Shown here: piece after piece, positions 34,443 through 37,643 of the stretch
Position numbering within the stretch: the stretch's first letter is position 1
How the letters are laid out: each line of letters begins with the position of its first letter
Source: Verrucomicrobiota bacterium
Lineage (GTDB): Bacteria > Verrucomicrobiota > Lentisphaeria > Lentisphaerales > Lentisphaeraceae
Length of the DNA stretch: 37,643 bases
Assembly (NCBI GenBank): GCA_039798785.1
Contig: JBDKFG010000045.1
Location: 1-37,643 of the forward strand
Direction of reading: 5' to 3'
Position numbers and translations under genes: made by a program
The notes under the pieces: model-generated
Databases searched by the model: none
Told to the model about the DNA's origin: nothing
What the model saw: the letters and a program-made list of their open reading frames with translations, nothing else

Positions 34443-35846
34443 TCAAGTCGATCGAGCCGCATCCTGCCAGGCCAAGCGAGCGGCGCCGAGCGCAGCGGAG
34501 TCGCTGAGCTCGAAGCGGCGCACCGGGCAGCCGAAGACCTGGGAGAAAACAGTGCAGATGCCGTCATTTTTCGAGGCGCCGCCGGTAAGCAGAAGCAGCC
34601 CGGGCTCGAGTCCCATCCAGTCGAGCTGGGCCCGCAGGTTGCCGGCCTGCCCCTCCAGGAAGGCGCGGATGCGCTGCGGGGTGGACAAGTCGGGGCGCGA
34701 CTCGGAAAACCCGGCGGCACGCCGCGGCGTGATCTCGTCGAAGAGGAAGGGCTCGGTCCGGGCGTCGGCAGGGAGGGAGACGAAGGCCGCCTGCTCGAAA
34801 TCCGCCCAGCTGGCACCGAGGCGGTCGCGGAAGGCTTCCCTGGCCAGCGAGCCGTTGCGGACGCAGGCGAGGCTCATGAAGCCGCCGAGGGGATTGCCGA
34901 AGACATGGCCGCATCCGGCCGGATCGACGCGAGGATGCGGCATGGCAGCGAAAAGGGTGTCCGAAGTGCCGAGGCTGACGACGAGGGCCCCGGGGCTTCC
35001 GGCATCCATGCCGACGAGCGAGGCGGGATTGTCGCCGGTGAAAGGCAGGATGCGGCAGGAGGGGGAGAAACCGAACTTGTCGACGAAATAGCTTGCGATA
35101 TTGGCGAAGGATTTTGCGGCGGACGCCAGTGGCGGCAGCTTGGCCGCGAGGTCTTTTGCGGTGGCCGCAAGGAGTGGCGCGTCCCAGGCTGCGGCCTCGA
35201 GATTCATCAGGTTCATGCCGGCGCCATCGCCGAAGTCGATCGGGGCTTCGCGTCCGGCCAGGACGGAGGAGAGGAAGGAGCTGACGAGGTGGACGCGGGC
35301 CGTCTTTTCCCAAGCGGCCGGATCGCGCTTGGCGAAGGCGCGGATCTGGGGGCCGGTGAAGCGCGGCGTGGTGATCGAGCCGGAGCGGCGGCAGACCTCG
35401 GCGTCGCCACCGAGGGCGGCGGCGATTTCGGCGCATTCGGCCACGGTGGAGTTGTCCATCCAGATCGGGCTGGTGGTGCGGCTCAGGCAGGGAGCGAGCT
35501 GCTCGGCCAGGGACTGCGCGGGATTGAGTCCGGCGAGGGTCGGCGTGAAGCGGGCATTGAGGTATACGCTGCCATGCTGCTGGCCGTCGCCGCCGATGCC
35601 GCGGATCCGGCTCAGATCGAGTCCTTGCTGGCGGAGTCGGGAAAAAGCCAGTTCGAGCGCCTCCAGCCACATCAGCGGCGGCGCGTGGACTTGCGCTTCC
35701 GGGAGGCCGGTGAGGAATCCTTGCGGACAATTGTACTGCGGCAGATCGCGGCCGAAATTGATGTTGACGCTCTGACCGGGCTGGCCTTCTGCGGTGAGGA
35801 TCAGGGCCGTGAGGCTCTGGGTCGAGGAGTCGATGCCGAGGAACAT
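34443..35846 (-). CDS. xylB: Xylulokinase, eukaryote-like subfamily of FGGY kinases
   Basis: [73 protein letters not shown]. Confidence 0.88.
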   Translation of the reverse strand: MFLGIDSSTQSLTALILTAEGQPGQSVNINFGRDLPQYNCPQGFLTGLPEAQVHAPPLMWLEALELAFSRLRQQGLDLSRIRGIGGDGQQHGSVYLNARFTPTLAGLNPAQSLAEQLAPCLSRTTSPIWMDNSTVAECAEIAAALGGDAEVCRRSGSITTPRFTGPQIRAFAKRDPAAWEKTARVHLVSSFLSSVLAGREAPIDFGDGAGMNLMNLEAAAWDAPLLAATAKDLAAKLPPLASAAKSFANIASYFVDKFGFSPSCRILPFTGDNPASLVGMDAGSPGALVVSLGTSDTLFAAMPHPRVDPAGCGHVFGNPLGGFMSLACVRNGSLAREAFRDRLGASWADFEQAAFVSLPADARTEPFLFDEITPRRAAGFSESRPDLSTPQRIRAFLEGQAGNLRAQLDWMGLEPGLLLLTGGASKNDGICTVFSQVFGCPVRRFELSDSAALGAARLAWQDAARST

Positions 35847-35870
35847 GGGATGGGGTTTCCGTTGCTGGTG

Positions 35871-37355
35871 CTATTTGCTGGTGGCCAGGCGTCGCAGGGC
35901 CTGTTCGAGAACGCTGTCTTGACCATTGATGAAGTCCGTCGGCGGCGAGTCGAGCGCGACATCAACATCCACACCGAAGCCTTCAAAGGTTTTGCCATCG
36001 GGACGGAAGGAGGCCATGGTGGAGAGCTTGCAGGTGATGCCCGAGGGGAGATCGACACTGCGCGAGCTGCCGCTGCCGCCGCGGCTGGCGCGTCCCATCA
36101 GGGTGACCTTCGGGAGTTCGGCGAAGGCCGCCAGGAAGCCATCGGTCGCGGAGATGCACGACTGATCACAGAGGACGATCACCGGTTTGTCGTAGTGGAA
36201 TTGGAATCCCTCGTGCTTGAGAACCATGAAGTGCCAGGCGCTGAATTGCTGTGCAGGGAGCTTGAAGCAGGGCTTGAAGGTCTTCAAGGAGGCGTCGATG
36301 ACCCGGCCTTCGGCGGCCGTCCAGCCCTTCCAGTCGCGGCGGTAGGTGGGGCGGTATTCGATGTGATCCTCCGAGAAGGAAGGCGCGAGGCGGTAGGCGG
36401 CGATGTTGCAGACGAAGGGCGGGGCTTCGGCGGGCCGGAAATAGCCGAAGAGTGCATGCATCAGACCGTAGGTGCCGCCGCCATTGCCGCGGACATCGAT
36501 GATCAGGCCGGAGCTGTCGCGGAACTCCGTCATCCAGCGCTTGGCCTCCGGGATGAGGGCGTCATCCATCTCAGGCAGGCGCAGATAGCCGATCGTGCCA
36601 ATCTTGCGGCTTTCGCCGATCTTGATCTCGGCCATACTGGAGCTTCGGTCGCGGCAGGGAAGTGCGGTCTGCCTGGTTTTACCGGTGTGATCCGCGAAGG
36701 TCAGCTGCACCTTGCCCGAAGCGGCCAGACCCAGATCGCGGCGGAGGATGTCGAGGCGGCGGATGCCTTTGCTGCCCCTGTAGAGATGCTGGCTGGGGCT
36801 GCCTAGCGGTTCGTACTTGAGTGCGGCGTCCAGCCAAGTCTTGACAGGCTTGCCGTCGATGGCGACGAGGAAGGGGAAACCAGGTTCAACGAAGGCGTCG
36901 TTGCTGCGTGTGACAGCGACGAGGCCGCCGGCGGCGATGGCCAGGCGGAAGGGCAAGTACTGTCCCGCTTCGTCGTCGAGCGCGGCGCAGGAGATGCTGC
37001 TGTGGCAGTCGCCCATGGGGGAGAGGATCTTTTGCAGCTCGCGGGCGAAGTCCGCCTGACTGATCGTTTCGGGCAGGCGTTTTTCGAGATCCTTGATGGC
37101 CGCAAGAGGCGCGGCGCGGCGCAGTTCAAGATAAGAGGACTCCTCGCGCAGACGTTTGGCGAAGGCCACGAGATCTTCCAGGGCCTCGGCGCGACTGAGG
37201 CTTTGCGCCGTAGCCTTGCTTTGGGCGAGCTCCTGGCGCGTCTCCCGGGCAACCAGGGCTTGAGCCTGCGTGAACAGCAGAGCACCCAGGAGAACGGTCA
37301 GACGGACCTTCAGGATGGGCCGCAGCTGACGGAATGAAGGAGTGACGAGAGGCAT
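35871..37355 (-). CDS. S41-family peptidase (secreted)
   Basis: D.HS, IGYLRL, IIDVRGNGGG, KPVIVL....ISATD, EGFGVDVDV. Start uncertain. Confidence 0.85.
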   Translation of the reverse strand: MPLVTPSFRQLRPILKVRLTVLLGALLFTQAQALVARETRQELAQSKATAQSLSRAEALEDLVAFAKRLREESSYLELRRAAPLAAIKDLEKRLPETISQADFARELQKILSPMGDCHSSISCAALDDEAGQYLPFRLAIAAGGLVAVTRSNDAFVEPGFPFLVAIDGKPVKTWLDAALKYEPLGSPSQHLYRGSKGIRRLDILRRDLGLAASGKVQLTFADHTGKTRQTALPCRDRSSSMAEIKIGESRKIGTIGYLRLPEMDDALIPEAKRWMTEFRDSSGLIIDVRGNGGGTYGLMHALFGYFRPAEAPPFVCNIAAYRLAPSFSEDHIEYRPTYRRDWKGWTAAEGRVIDASLKTFKPCFKLPAQQFSAWHFMVLKHEGFQFHYDKPVIVLCDQSCISATDGFLAAFAELPKVTLMGRASRGGSGSSRSVDLPSGITCKLSTMASFRPDGKTFEGFGVDVDVALDSPPTDFINGQDSVLEQALRRLATSK

Positions 37356-37513
37356 ATTGGATCCTCACAGATCGGGTTGATCTTATCTATCATAACTACA
37401 AGAAAGCCATCTATCGCAGCTTCCCAGTCGTGCCGGATGGCCAGCTCCAGCAAACTCTTATCCTTGGTGAATCCAGCCAGATAAAACGACCTGTGTCACT
37501 CCATTTGAGCTCG

Positions 37514-37619
37514 ACCACAAAAGACACAAAGAACACAAAGAGCAGAGTTTTGCCGTGTCAGCTCGCCGAGTGTCAGTCGCCCATTCATCCTTCTGCGTTC
37601 TTCTGCGTCTTCTGCGGTT
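37514..37619. repeat. Intergenic element with imperfect inverted tandem ~9-mer arms
   Basis: ACCACAAAAGACACAAAGAACACAAAG ... CTTCTGCGTTCTTCTGCGTCTTCTGCGGT; the right arm reverse-complements to ACCGCAGAAGACGCAGAAGAACGCAGAAG. Confidence 0.65.
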
Positions 37620-37643
37620 CAATTGAGCTTGAATCGGAGTAAC

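Overview
GC-rich bacterial chromosomal window, most likely PVC superphylum (Lentisphaerota/Verrucomicrobiota-like). That placement is inferred from gene content, not from a marker alignment. It has about 37 plausible CDS, mostly on the minus strand after 10.4 kb. No rRNA, tRNA, CRISPR array or integrase was seen. Housekeeping and envelope genes: ABC exporter, permease with HMA domain, LysM-amidase, GlmU-like LbH protein, WaaP-like kinase, mlaEF, PP2C, obgE, rpmA, eukaryote-type xylulokinase, S41 peptidase. There is also a Ser/Thr kinase-MoxR-DUF58-transglutaminase operon, an isolated astB between two toxin-antitoxin modules, and an aryl-polyene-like accessory block (MIO ammonia-lyase, thioesterase, LolA-like, DUF2062) with no ketosynthase. 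The ORF track misses or does not explain five things. (1) A divergent HUH/Y1 REP-associated transposase-like gene runs off the left edge. (2) Several families of REP/REPIN-like hairpin elements bracket the TA modules. (3) A dispersed intergenic family has inverted tandem GGTTGAAA arms. (4) A collapsed murE relic brings motifs normally hundreds of residues apart into about 180 bp. (5) A CxxC/poly-Pro small ORF sits upstream of a His/Cys-rich outer-membrane barrel, resembling CruR/CutF-type metal-sensing leader ORFs.
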